Shown: positions 24,001 through 35,900, counted from the first letter of the stretch. The stretch is 64,000 nt of DNA from Saccostrea echinata (GCF_033153115.1 NW_026889750.1:22940001-23004000), one strand, 5' to 3'. Numbers and translations are program-made. Notes: generated by a model not told the origin, from the sequence alone.

Positions 24001-27000
24001 TTATTCACGACAACAAGGTCTTTATTTCTATTCTACTAACAGCTCTAAAATGCAGCTGAGCATTTCCTCTATAGAGAAACGAATTAGGACACCATGTCGC
24101 GATTTTGCTGTTCCATTTAACACCAGAGTCAATTTGTTTACTTGTGTACCGATTGCAAAAAATGCAGACGATTTCAGCTTTCGTTGGATTAAAAATATCC
24201 TTTAATTATTTATAAATTTGTTTGTAACATGTATTGATTAATTTTTATGAATGTAAAATGACAAAATCAGTTGTCTATTTCATTGCTTTATCTGCAAGAT
24301 CAAGGAGTATATATGTTGTAAGGAGGTCCGTGGAACTGCCCCACTTTTCAGCTGTTTCAGGCAATACACACTTATTTAGACTGCATAAGACGACACATCA
24401 ATATGGTCTAAATAAGTATTAGATTCTACAGTGAAATATTTATTTCAACTGTACAGGTTTGACATGCATTTCTGATCTGATAATTTTTATATGACGTTCC
24501 CGATTTATTGGAGAATAATGTCCACGGCATTTCTTTGATCTCGCCAATAACTGTGGTAGAATATACAAATATAGCTTTTTGATGAAATCAATCACTAGAT
24601 ATATAGACCTTACAGAAAGGAATATCGACCGAGCACAAAGGGATTAATATACTGTACCGAATCAAAAGGCCATATTTGTTTCATCATTTTTTCTTATCAG
24701 TTAATAAAAAATATCTTGAAATCCATGGTTCTAAAAATCAACCTAATACAAGGCATTGTTATGTCTTACCCATTATGAAGTCACAGTTACAAATTGCAGC
24801 TGCAGTATCTGTTTTTTGAATCATGCAGCTTATGAAGACTATTGTGAACACATGATCTAGTTTGAGCCAATAAAAAAGCTGGCAACAATAGAGAAAAGTA
24901 ATAATTTGGTCTACCATTCCATATCTGTTTTTATTATTATTCTCTGTTGTTGCCAGCTATCTGATTGGCTCAAACTATATCATATGATCAAGTATAAAAA
25001 TATTATATATGTAAGTATTATAAACTGGGTGTTTCCATTTTAAAGGTGCTTGGACACAGATTTGAAGTTAATATTTTCTCAAATTTTCTGTATAATATCA
25101 CGACTTATATATTGCAATAGCATTTCACACGAAAATATAATTAAAAACTTATTTCATCTGGAAATTATTGGAACTACGAATTCCGGGACGTGTTTGATAA
25201 ACACATCTTTGCACTTACCCTGGAACACAAATTTTAACTTTATCCTTAATATTTAAGAAAAGAGGCGATTCTGTTATGTATTAATGAAAAATAGTATATC
25301 TTTAATCCAGAAAGATCAGAGTAGAAATGTTCGAAAGCAAAACCAGCTCACCAGTATTGTCAGTCCGTGCTCTGTGATGTGTACAGAGCTTAACAAATTG
25401 AACACACCCGTGAAACGTAAACCGTTTTCGTAAACAGGGCACGAGCTCTGTTATTGTTAATGTTTACGATTCACCGGGTGTGTTCAATTGTTAAACTCTG
25501 CACACACCACTGAGCACGGACTTACAATACTGTGAGTGGGTTTTGCTTTCGAACATTTCTACTCTGAATTTTCTGTGTTATAGTTTTAATATTTTTCATT
25601 AATGTACAACAAAATTGCCACTTTTCTTAAGTGTTAAAAATAAAATTAAAATATGTAAGAGCGCAAGGATGTGTCAATCCAACGCGTCAAGAAATTCGAA
25701 GTTTTGATAACTTCGAGATGAAATAAGATTTTTATTACATTTTAGCATGAAATGTTATAGCAACATATAAGTCATGAAATTATACAGAAAATTTGAGAAA
25801 ATATTAACTTCAAATCTGTGTCCAAGCACCTTTAAGCTTCTAAAAAAAATTATAAACCTACTGTTTATAAAATTGGAAATGTTCTTCTGTGAAGCAACAA
25901 TAGTGCTGACATCACAATAGTCTTTATAAACTGGATGTATCTAAAAACAGATACTGGTGCTGCTATTCGTTACTGTACGTGACATCATAATGCAAATGAC
26001 ATAACATTGCCTTTTATGAAAAGTATTGAGCATCAATAACATGGATTTTAAGACATTTCTAATTAATGGATAAAAAAAATAATAAAAGAATTATAGCCTT
26101 TTGATTTGGTACAATCCCTTGATATTCATGCTACGTCGATATGCTTTCTCTAAGGTCTATATATCTAGGGACTGACCTCATCAAAAGGCTATAATTGTAT
26201 AATAACCTGTGTAACTCTTCAGTGTTTCTTCAACAAGTCTTTCATGTTACCAGCTGGCGCCTCTGCGGCTCCACATTTTACCTTGATTTTTTTAGTGTGC
26301 TACATACAATAAGTCTGTATTTGACTTGCACACAAATAATTTGCAAAAAACTTAACATCATACAGCTTTGTTAACATGCCATCATGAAACAAATTATTTG
26401 TAATGTCTTAAATAAAGTGTATGATCAATTGTACTTCATTCATTCAGCAACATTAGACCTATTCCATTGCCTTCATCAAACCTTGGCTGTACTAGATAAC
26501 TTGATACGCATGTCCGCCTAACATTTGTGATATGGCTGCCTGTTTACTGCCTAGGGAAAATAAAATGCTTCCAAAAGGACATCTTCGCTAGCCAAGGGTT
26601 TCTGATACGCTACTCTCCTCATATACCCTTGGCATACGGTGCTGACAAAAGACAGGATTGTTTTTGTCACGTGATCATGATTCTTACCAGCTACGCACAG
26701 ATTGCGTCATCGACATAAATAAAAAGCGTATTTAAAAAAAATTTGTTTTTAAAGAATAATTAACAAGAAGGTATTGAGTTATGTTAATTTGCTATTTAAA
26801 CATGTAAAAATGCAAATCTACATCTTCAGTATAGATTCTTAATCACATATTTTGCACGTATACGCTTTAGATATTGGATGACATCATATAGCTATTCATA
26901 GAATGGCATGTTATCTTACGGATCATTGTTTACTTGCGTTTTACATTACCAATATTAAAGAGTCAAGATATATCCCGAACGCAAATATCGTCATTTATAA

Positions 27001-29837
27001 AAAACAATTGCTGATTGGTCGAACGATGTCAATCAACTCCAATCACAACTTGAGAAAAAAATCCCAACTTTTTTTTAACACCGTATGCCAAGGGTTTATG
27101 AGGAGAGTAGCGTACCAGAAATCCTTGGCTAGCGAAGATGCCAAAAGGACAACAAACAAGCATTTGACATACGAAAAAATCTTCAAGGGCAGTAAGGTAA
27201 TACAGTGTACTTAAAATAACACATACCAAGAAACTTGCATTTAGCATCTTCACATAAGTACGTTTGTCAGAAGATGGAAATCAGCACACTCTGCATGTGT
27301 AATACAGGGTGCAGCCATATTGTCTATAAAGTAGCCCCGGTTCAATAGTGGTTTACACGATACAGCTGAGGTTCAATGAGGTACAAATCGGTCGATGTGT
27401 GCCGAGTGGTACATCATTATGCATCATTATGCAATTTACTAGGTGACAATGATAATAGCAGTGGACCTACCTCTTCTGCATTTCCACCGATGTCAGTGCT
27501 GTCAAGTTCCACACCTGGGATGGCTGGGGAATGTCCACCTGCTGCATCAACCTCTGGTAGTGTTTCATAACACCAGTATTCAGAGTGTCTTTGTACTGTG
27601 TTAAAATCAACACTTGAGTTTTCCAAGGAACACCTGCTATAGCATTATTGAAAATATAAAATATAAATAAAGCATTATAGACAGACAGATGGAACACCCA
27701 ACACTATAACCCCCCTCCCCCTTTCCAGTGGAAAAGGGGGTATAAAAACATCCATGGGTGGAAAAACTGGGGAACATTTTTTTTTTCCATACAATGTAGC
27801 ATTCAATCAGAAAATCAAGCTCTTTACTAAATTGAATTAAAATCATTAGGAATATTATTTGTTCATACATTCAACACTGAGATAACCTACTCTGTATTCA
27901 AGAATTGTCAGCCTGCAACTTTGCTCGAATTCATTTCTCTACAATTAATAGAATGTAATCAGAATTCAGTTTTTGGTATGTTCATAATACAGTTTGAAAA
28001 TTGTGTATACTATGGTAATTTTACATGGGCAAATTAGGAAAATGTTTTAAACAATACATGTAATATGGCTCATTTCTCCTAGCAGTCACAAAAAAGGAAA
28101 ATGAGAAAGTTTCACATTATTTTTTTTTTTCAATTTAGAATATAAATTTGAATTACAATCATTGAGTGAAGACATTCCCCAGTTTTCTGCTGAGGAGGTT
28201 CAAGCATTGCTGGACATGGGGTATTCATTTGTTGATGTTCAGCCCACTCCTCAACCTGCTGTTGTTACAACTGAAGGTGTGAGTGACTGTCCTCCAGATT
28301 TAGCTCTGGCTGCAATTGAATGTTCCATGACTGAAGACAGAAAGCTTCTATATGAGACCTGGTTTAATTTTGGAATTGCAGTGGATAATGATCCTTTATT
28401 TCAAACCTGGAAAACATTAAAATCTAAGGTATGATATTACTCCAGGATCATTTCTACACGTTACTAGGAAAAAAAATTATCATTTAAGAAATAAACAACA
28501 ATGTTAAAAAGTTCTCTGGGAAATGAACTTGGTTGGTCACGTGATCAAATCCTGTGAAGCCCAAAGGGCTTCTCAGAAGATTTGATCACATACCAACCAA
28601 GTTCATTTTCCAGTGAACTTTTTAACACTGTTGTTTATTACTTTTATTTACATTTGAGACGAATATTCTGAAAAGAACTGCATTTATTACACAAACGGTC
28701 CGCCGTATTGCTATGTTGTGACGCGCAATGACCTGGAAGCTGTTTAGTCTTGAGAGTTCGCCTTGCTCCAACATTTGAATACTTACATTGATGTTCAGCA
28801 ATCCAGTTCAGGAAATATCTGTTCATAATGAAAAAACAATGATTGCTACTGAGAATAATCTTACTATTATTGTATGAGTTCTTTATATATGAAGTCAAAA
28901 GCAGTGGTATCGTCTTCATTTAACATACCTTCAAAGGAATTTCAGGTGAATAGGTAAGCGTGATTTTAGGCTAATTAAAAATATTCTTCACAACGAAGAA
29001 AGAACTAATGATCATTTGTTGAAAAAAAATATATGTTTCAATAATTTTATCTTTTTCATCGCTTTAACGGCTTAGAAGTTCCGAAACCAGTGTCACCGGG
29101 ACAGAAATATGTAGACAAGATATCATCTCACTGTGTGATTCAGTCATGCCATAACCTCTGACCCCCTGATAAGTTCATACGGAAATATTTACATTTCCAA
29201 ATATTTTTTAAGATTCTTTGCAAATTAGAATGCTGTTCATTTTCTCATGAACTACCATGGATGAGCATGAATATCTCCATTGTTACGTCATAATACATTA
29301 CTGTACTTGATGTAAAAACTATAGTGCAAACCGTTTTGCTTTAAAAATGACAGTTGAATGGTGAAATTTGTGGTAACTCATCAGAAAAATAATGTAAATA
29401 TAAGAAATGAATTTAATTTTTGAAGATTCATGAGGTACATGAACTACAACGCTTCACGCCGGCATATTTATCATGAAGCGCTAACGCTAGCGCTAGTTCA
29501 TGTCCTCATGAATCTTCAAAAATTAAATTCATTTCTTAATTGAACATATTTTCTCTTCAATAGGTTCATCTAAAAAAATATTTGCAAATGTAAATAATTA
29601 ACAATGAAAAATATGTTTTTCCATTACCAGCTAGTTACCAATGATGCAACAAACATTCTTGGAGATATTCCTAGAGTGAAACCTCCAACCAAACCTGCAG
29701 CATCAAAGAAGGATGGTTTTTTTGTTTTAACTTGTGATGAGGCATTCAAGGCCAAACTTCTGAAAGAAGAAGAAAAAAAAGAAAGAGAAAGAAAAAAGAA
29801 ATTAAAATCAGAGAAAAAAAATATGAAAAGATGTTAA
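21089..29837 (+). CDS. pogo-family transposase (HTH_psq + CENP-B-type HTH + DDE_1, DD35D), 7 exons, 600 aa
   Basis: Exons 21089-21654, 22968-23169, 23290-23477, 23560-23795, 27443-27556, 28139-28428, 29631-29837 join in phase (1803 nt, no stop). Motifs [85 protein letters not shown]; intron 3 is GC-AG; exon 5 is the least certain. Confidence 0.88.
21887..22935 (-). mobile_element. Degenerate HINE(s) with ~166-bp units in transposase intron 1
   Basis: Reverse complement of the HINE 3' box (ACAAGAGGCCTGTGGGCCACATTGCTCACCTGAG), satellite units and GACA microsatellite remnant; second ACAAGAGGCC end at ~22391. Confidence 0.8.
23903..24562. mobile_element. Non-autonomous element with a terminal hairpin plus a second inverted-repeat pair (possibly Crypton-related)
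   Basis: TGAATGATGCAGGATAACCTCC ... GGAGGTTATCCTGCATTATTCA hairpin, then TATTCTACTAACAG (~24029) paired with CTGTGGTAGAATA (~24551). Confidence 0.5.
24562..26201. mobile_element. Foldback element with ~300-bp diverged arms in transposase intron 4
   Basis: 24562-24850 is the reverse complement of ~25910-26201 (e.g. CTAGATATATAGACCTTACAGAAAG / CTTTCTCTAAGGTCTATATATCTAG). Confidence 0.75.
25044..25831. mobile_element. Kolobok-type palindromic MITE with TTAA TSD
   Basis: TTAA|AGGTGCTTGGACACAGATTTGAAGTTAATATTTTCTCAAATTTTCTGTATAAT ... CTGTGTCCAAGCACCT|TTAA; arms pair almost to the centre (~25430). Confidence 0.85.
26560..27165. mobile_element. Foldback/MITE remnant in transposase intron 4 (outer ends not resolved)
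   Basis: CATCTTCGCTAGCCAAGGGTTTCTGATACGCTACTCTCCTCATATACCCTTGGCATACGGTG is inverted at ~27079-27141. Confidence 0.7.
28489..29540. mobile_element. Hairpin-terminated non-autonomous element(s) in transposase intron 6
   Basis: ~150-bp hairpin 28489-28640 centred on GAAGCCCAAAGGGCTTC and ~140-bp hairpin 29401-29539 (TAAGAAATGAATTTAATTTTTGAAGATTCATGAGG ... CCTCATGAATCTTCAAAAATTAAATTCATTTCTTA). Confidence 0.6.
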
Positions 29838-32172
29838 AAAAAATAATAAATCAAGTTTCAGACATCTGAAACTTTTTGTTTAACAAAATTATTCATTTTA
29901 CACTTTGTTCAATCATTCTTTGAGAACTAAGCACTAACCCTACTCAAGTCTCCTTCTTGTTGTAATAATATGAACATTACCCAACTGCAGATGGTATTTT
30001 TTTTAATCCTGATGGGGTGAAAAACTTAAAAAAGTACAAAATAATAATGTGATTCTATATATTTTTCAGGTAACAGGTCTAATATTAGATATAAGACATA
30101 TGCATTGTGCCAAATGCGATATCTAACCTTATCTGATATTAAAAAGATGCACAAACATTTGTGTATCACATGTAAGCTAAACAGGCCTATGCCCAGAGAA
30201 GTGGATAAATGCGCATTTTTCTCCCCGACCAATGCCAAAGCAAAAATAGGACAAAAATTATTGCATTTTAGCATAAAATAATAGTTACAACAGCAATTCA
30301 AAACAAACTTACTCTGTAAGGAAGCCACAATAGCAAAAAACATCCCAGCAGGCTGACCGCATGGTGCAACCATGAACTCTAACACGTAAAGTAAAGATGC
30401 AACCGGAACAAACATTTCCGGTATGATGCTACTCATACTTTCGTACCAGAAAGGTTAATTATATTTATAAATCGAATGTTTTTCCCTCTACAATCTACAA
30501 ACAGGAGTGGAGGATGATCCCCCTCCAAAAAAAGGTTGATGAAAAACTCCCTCAGGTATTCTCTCTCTCAATCATCATCTCTTTCCTCTCTCTCTCTCTT
30601 AATATTTTCTTTATATTTTGGATCAATATGATCAATCAAACTAAAATAAAGGGTAAATATCTAACTGAAGCATGGACTATATTTACATTCCCATTTCATA
30701 ATCATTTGGGAGGTTTTAAGGAACCTGCGATAAAAAAATTATGACATTTACCGTTTCAATATACGGTTTGTCCGATGCATGGTGAATATTGTCCGATCCA
30801 TGGTGAATTTTAGCTCAATCCAAAAAATCCACTTTTTAATGACATTTTCTCTATAGATGGCATAAAATTGTATCAAAAATTCATATTTCAATCGCATAAT
30901 ACATGTTAAGCTCTATTTTTATAATACTTGGTCGGCAGCGATATTGCTAGAACTTGTTAAAGTAGAAAGGTGTCCGATCCATGGTGAATTCACCCTATTT
31001 AATGTCGAACATGTCAAGTCTCAAGAACGATTGAATGTATGAGGACAGTGGAAATCTGTGATATCTGTATATCACACAGAACAGAAGGAGTTAACTATAA
31101 GGTATTTGGGGAAAGGCCGATGAGAAAACATGCATATGCAATTTATTAGGATCAGCACCTCATTTTGTTTGGCTTGTGCCGTATCTGTGTACTTGATTAT
31201 TTGTTAATAAAACTAAAAATATTTTAATTTTCTATAACAAGAATCTTCTGTAGATATTTAAAAGAATATGAAAACAATAAAATCTATTCATATTGGCATT
31301 AACATAATGTAAAAATTAAGTGTACACGAATGTGTTGTTGATACTTTCATTTATAAAAAATAAAAAATAAAATCCGCCCACCCGCCCCAATTTTTCAGCA
31401 AATTAGGATGAGAATCTAAATTTTAAATTTATATGGCCTAACCTAGATCCGCCAACCGGAAACGCCACCTTACTCACGTTTTAGCTATTTCATGGCTGTT
31501 TATAGAAAATGAAAGTAGACTTTTAATTTAATGTACGATACTTACTATGCGAGTGAAATCTAAATATAGTTTACGGACATCAGCTTGTAGCTAGTGTATT
31601 GTTAGAGGAGTAAGTAAGAACTCTGGTGCACCCGTTTCGGAGTTTATTTGCAAAATTTATTAATTTATAAGTATAGATTGAGGGGAACCCATTTCTTATC
31701 CGCAACTCTTCCTATACCATGTATACCACTGAATAAAATTTAACGCTACTTTCACAGAATCTTTATTACATACATGTAGTGCCATTGTGACCTCCTATTT
31801 TACTTTTTGATCTGACGCTTATTTTGGGTCTCCCATAGCAAAACATAAATTTTTCCATGATAATTATATGGGAGGCGGTGGGTATCATTTTGTGAGCTCA
31901 GTGCTCACAGTACCTCTAGTTTTATTCAGTTTTTTTAAAAATCTATTTATATCCAAAAACACTGGTGCTCATTTAATTACTAGTCATAACCAAAAAACTA
32001 TTATGGATTTCATGGGTTAGCCTTCGGTAAAGGCTTTAATATTTATTGCAGCCACTCATTTTCTTTTTTAGTTTTTATAGATTGATTTTTTTTTTTACAA
32101 GAACTTATGATTATTTCATTTGTATTTTACATGCTAATTTTAACATGTCAATATTGCTGTATATCATATACC

Positions 32173-32443
32173 TACGGAAGCCGGTTGGTGCCAGGTAGAA
32201 AAAATATTTTATCTGGCGACCGCCAAATAATTGTCTGGCGGCCGCCAGAAACTTATCTGGCGACCGCCAAATAATTTTCTGGCGGCCGCCAGTTAAAAAG
32301 ATCTGGCGGCCGCCAGATAAATATTAGGCGGCCGCCATATAAATTTCTGGCGGCCGCCAGATAATTTTCTGGCGGCCGCCAGTTATTTATGTGGCGGCCG
32401 CCAAATAAAATATTTTTCTACCTGGCACCTACCGGCTTCCGTA
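32173..32443. mobile_element. IS3EU-like MITE with perfect 6-bp TSD and 9 internal ~22-bp units
   Basis: TATACC|TACGGAAGCCGGTTGGTGCCAGGTAGAAAAA ... TTTTTCTACCTGGCACCTACCGGCTTCCGTA|TATACC; repeated TGGCGGCCGCCA core. Confidence 0.88.
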
Positions 32444-32906
32444 TATACCATACCTAACTAAACAAACAATATACAAACATAGAGGTCAATCCATTAGAGT
32501 TGCAGTCTTATCTGGGGCCTTTTAATTTAATGACATGTTCGCTCTTACTTTAACAATAAAATGACAACTGTAGCACTGGAATATCTTATCATAGATGTAC
32601 TTTATTACATTTTTAACAGTGACATCAAAAACTTATTTGAAGTACATGTATCTTTTCTTACTAACATTATACCAATAAGTATATGAGTGAAAAATGAACT
32701 TGATTACTTGAATATCACAAAATGGCTTGACTGTTTACAATTATATTTTTTCCTAAATTTCTTTTACAGTTGATCTATAAAATTCAACATGAAAAGTCCT
32801 CGTTTATTTTCTCTGTTATTTCTTTCATACTTGACAACAAATAAATTGTACATGCTGTTCAGTCACAACACACAACTACAAATTGAGGGAATGATGCTGT
32901 TTTACT

Positions 32907-35900
32907 TCATCGTACTAATGGTGTCTGCTTTAACTGCAGGAGAATGGAGCGTAATCTTGACACATCCTTGGTGTTTTTGGAATTTTTGGGGTTGAATTCA
33001 CACAATCTACAGATTTTCTCCCACTCTCCACCAGGCTGTGTCGTGTCTCGGTCCTTCACAAAAGCTTCCTCAGCAGTTCTGAAGCAAAGAGGAAAATTAT
33101 GTTATATATTACTTTTATCCATAATAGTTTAATATATATTTCAATATCTTTGCCATAATCTAATATATTAAAAATAAGTACAGGCTGAGTAAAATTAGCC
33201 ATAACAGAGAAATGAAAATGCAATGTTTCTTTATTTTCCTTAAAGGGCAAAAGACACTCTACAAGAGAGATAACTCTATCATTGATAAATGACCCTTTCC
33301 TTTTATGCAATTTTTCATTTTTTTTATCAAGATTTATTTCAAATTTTCTTGTGTATGGTATATTAAAATTTCTTTAATTTCATTTTTATGCCCATTTTCT
33401 TTGACAGATTTCTGATCATTACAGAAAAAATATCATTTAAGCGAATCTTTAACATAATTAATACTTATTTATGTGAGTAATTTTTGTATTCTTTACAAAT
33501 AATATTACAATTTTAATTATTGTATTCTTTATTCTTTTTTTTAAGGGGGAAGAATAAGTGTATGTGAATCATAATATGTTGGCTATCTCTTATGTTAAAT
33601 CAGCAATACTCTCCATCAACTCTGAAGCAAAACAAATGCTATTTATTTTTCCTTCCATATATTGTTTCATCCTGTAGAGCTCCTCAGATATGAGAATACT
33701 GTAATTTTTCTGAGGTTAAAAATTGTTTGATTTTATTATCTACATCTTACGAAATAGTGTGTCTTTGGATAATGCACAAGAAAATAAATTGAAAGACTTA
33801 ACATCTGACAGTTCTGTTTTTACTTCACAGATTATACTTTCCTTTATTCTTGTATATACATGTATGTCAATGAATGCTAACCATTCCATCTGACAACGAG
33901 GAAGCGTTGTTTGTTTGTTTGTTTTTTTTAAATATTTTTTTCTTAATAATAAAACTATCTGCTAGCACACCACTGAATATATGTTTCTGCATAATCCACT
34001 AAAAACATGCATTTGTCTCCATTTTCTGACTACAAGTACTTTTTCATAAAAGTAAAAGAATTCTGATTACTATGGAATCACTTTCTTCTGTGGGAGCTAG
34101 TTTTTATCGATCTATTTTACAGATTTCATAGGTGAAGAACTCTTAATGAAAACTGTATACCAACATTTCTTGAAGCAAGTTTGTACATGACAGGTAATCA
34201 TGAACTACACAACAGATGAACCTCCACAAAATGTAATGATTCCACAGTAACTAGTAACACAAAACAACAGTACCCCTTTCCAACTAAGACAGAGGTCTAC
34301 AAAAACTGTTCACAAAATTAATATACATGTAATTCCAGATATTAGGTTTATCAATACTTACACATTGTGTTTTCTAACCAGATGAAAGCACATAAAAAAG
34401 CAAAAAAGCACAGTAGGAAAACTGACCACATAGCAATTATATGTGTAAAATACACTCATCTGGGAAAATATTATTAGAAATATTGTCATACTTATACCAT
34501 TGAGTCAGTAATGATCAAATTGTGTACATGTATATAAGCATTGTAAAAATTTCTGAAGAAGATAAGAAAACTGCAATACTTGTATATCACTGCACATGAA
34601 AATCAGTATGTGTTTCACATCCAAAAATTAAAAATGTTAATTTTTTTCCCTTATGTGTCCTATGACATTTTTTTTTAGATCTCTAATCATATCTTGTGCT
34701 TGTGATGGAGTTAGATCTAGATACAGGTATTTTTAATTTCAAGAAATCCTAAAACATTTTTTATTAGTGTTAATCAAAGAAATAGACGAACACCTGCCAC
34801 ATTTTCCCCACATTAATCATGATTGTACTACAACCCTTGTACAAATGCTTGCCTGTGGACAAACTGTGTCATTATGTACTGTTATTGGTATTTTTACCTG
34901 TTTGTTTCCTTTGTCTTCTGTATCTGCTCATTGTGATGTTTGTACCAATCATCCAACTCCTTCTTCGCTGCCTCTCTCCATTCTTCCTTTTTCTGGGCCT
35001 CCTCTGCATCTAATTACCAAAGATAAACAAAAAAAATCGATCATTCATTAAAACAAATCTGATAATTACACATGTTTTAAAATTACATTACCATGTATTG
35101 TTTTCAACTTTTTATATTTTGAAACATGAGGATTTTATATATATTGACTGACAAGAATGTTTGCCCAATTTTTAAGACTAATCTAGACCAAACCTTTCTT
35201 TTCTAATCTCATTTTCTGTTCTTCTCTCCAAATCCTGAGTTTTTCTGGTTCACTCCTCTCTTTGTCCATTGAGGTGATGGCCGAGTATGCATCAGAGGGG
35301 CCATTTGTCTGCAGAAAATGAAGCATCTTTCATAAATACATGTATCAAAACAACTTATATTGTAAATACATATATCTGTCATCAAGATAGAACTAAATAC
35401 AAAAGCAAGGCTAAATTGGTCGATACTCTGCTTGGTCCAAAAAAAAAATGGTGTTTAAATTTTCCTGAAATTTTTACCAAGAGTTCAGCTGCAGAGAATG
35501 ATGTATGCTACCTGCATGAACATTGCACATATTGTAAATACAGCAAGTACTACAGTAAGTATTCAGTGAAGGGTGGACATATGTACGATAGTTTTAATCA
35601 TTGAAAACCTTCAAATGATTAAATAATTTTTCGTTCTCCATCAATATTGTAGATCATCATTTCCTCAATCTCTTGAATTTTATTAATTTCCAAGAGAGAT
35701 GGGAATTGGTATAAAGGATTTCATTGAGAGTGATTGGTTTTCTCAATTAATCATGGACTATATCCAGAAAGCAAGAAATTCCTTCATAAACAACTAAAAG
35801 GTAGTACATTGTAGTAATGAACCCAAGCATTCCCTAAGCAGAAATTTTTTTTTATCTGGTCTTGTTATTGAAATAAAATATCCATGCATACACTTTATCC

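Larger units (their letters stand above)
19438..30995 (+). mobile_element. Full-length pogo/Fot-like (Tc1/mariner-related) DNA transposon, 11.6 kb
   Basis: 25-bp TIRs GGGTGAGTTAACCATGCATCGGACA / TGTCCGATCCATGGTGAATTCACCC (3 mismatches), TA on both flanks; subterminal copies of ACCATGCATCGGACA at ~19466, 19841, 19863-19893, 30770, 30790; encloses transposase and HIRAN genes. Confidence 0.9.
18857..31438. mobile_element. Zator-type MITE (~1.0 kb without the nested pogo element)
   Basis: TIRs GGCCAGGTAAAATTAATCTTTAGATTCTCATCC / GGATGAGAATCTAAATTTTAAATTTATATGGCC; identical TAA on both flanks (18854-18856, 31439-31441), matching the TWA TSD and GG termini of Zator. Confidence 0.72.
17514..31677 (-). 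mobile_element. Non-autonomous Helitron (~1.6 kb once nested elements are removed)
   Basis: Minus-strand 5' end TCTATACTTATAAA at 31677; 3' end hairpin CCCGCGCTTGCGCGGG followed by CTAG at 17517-17514; inserted between A17513 and T31678. Confidence 0.85.
17320..31922 (+). mobile_element. HINE-type element split in two (17320-17513 and 31678-31922), outermost host of the nest
   Basis: GTCCGTCCGTC microsatellite; same ~170-bp unit (CTTATCCGCAAC...ACTTTCACAGAATCTTT...TAGCAAAACA) on both sides of the Helitron; terminal hairpin TGTGAGCTCAGTGCTCACA then GTACCTCTAGTTTT. Confidence 0.75.

Noticed and set aside
21089-29837. Plain domesticated host gene (JRK/TIGD-like) with no mobile context
   Set aside because: Bounded by TIRs with TA flanks and inserted inside another MITE, so it arrived by transposition
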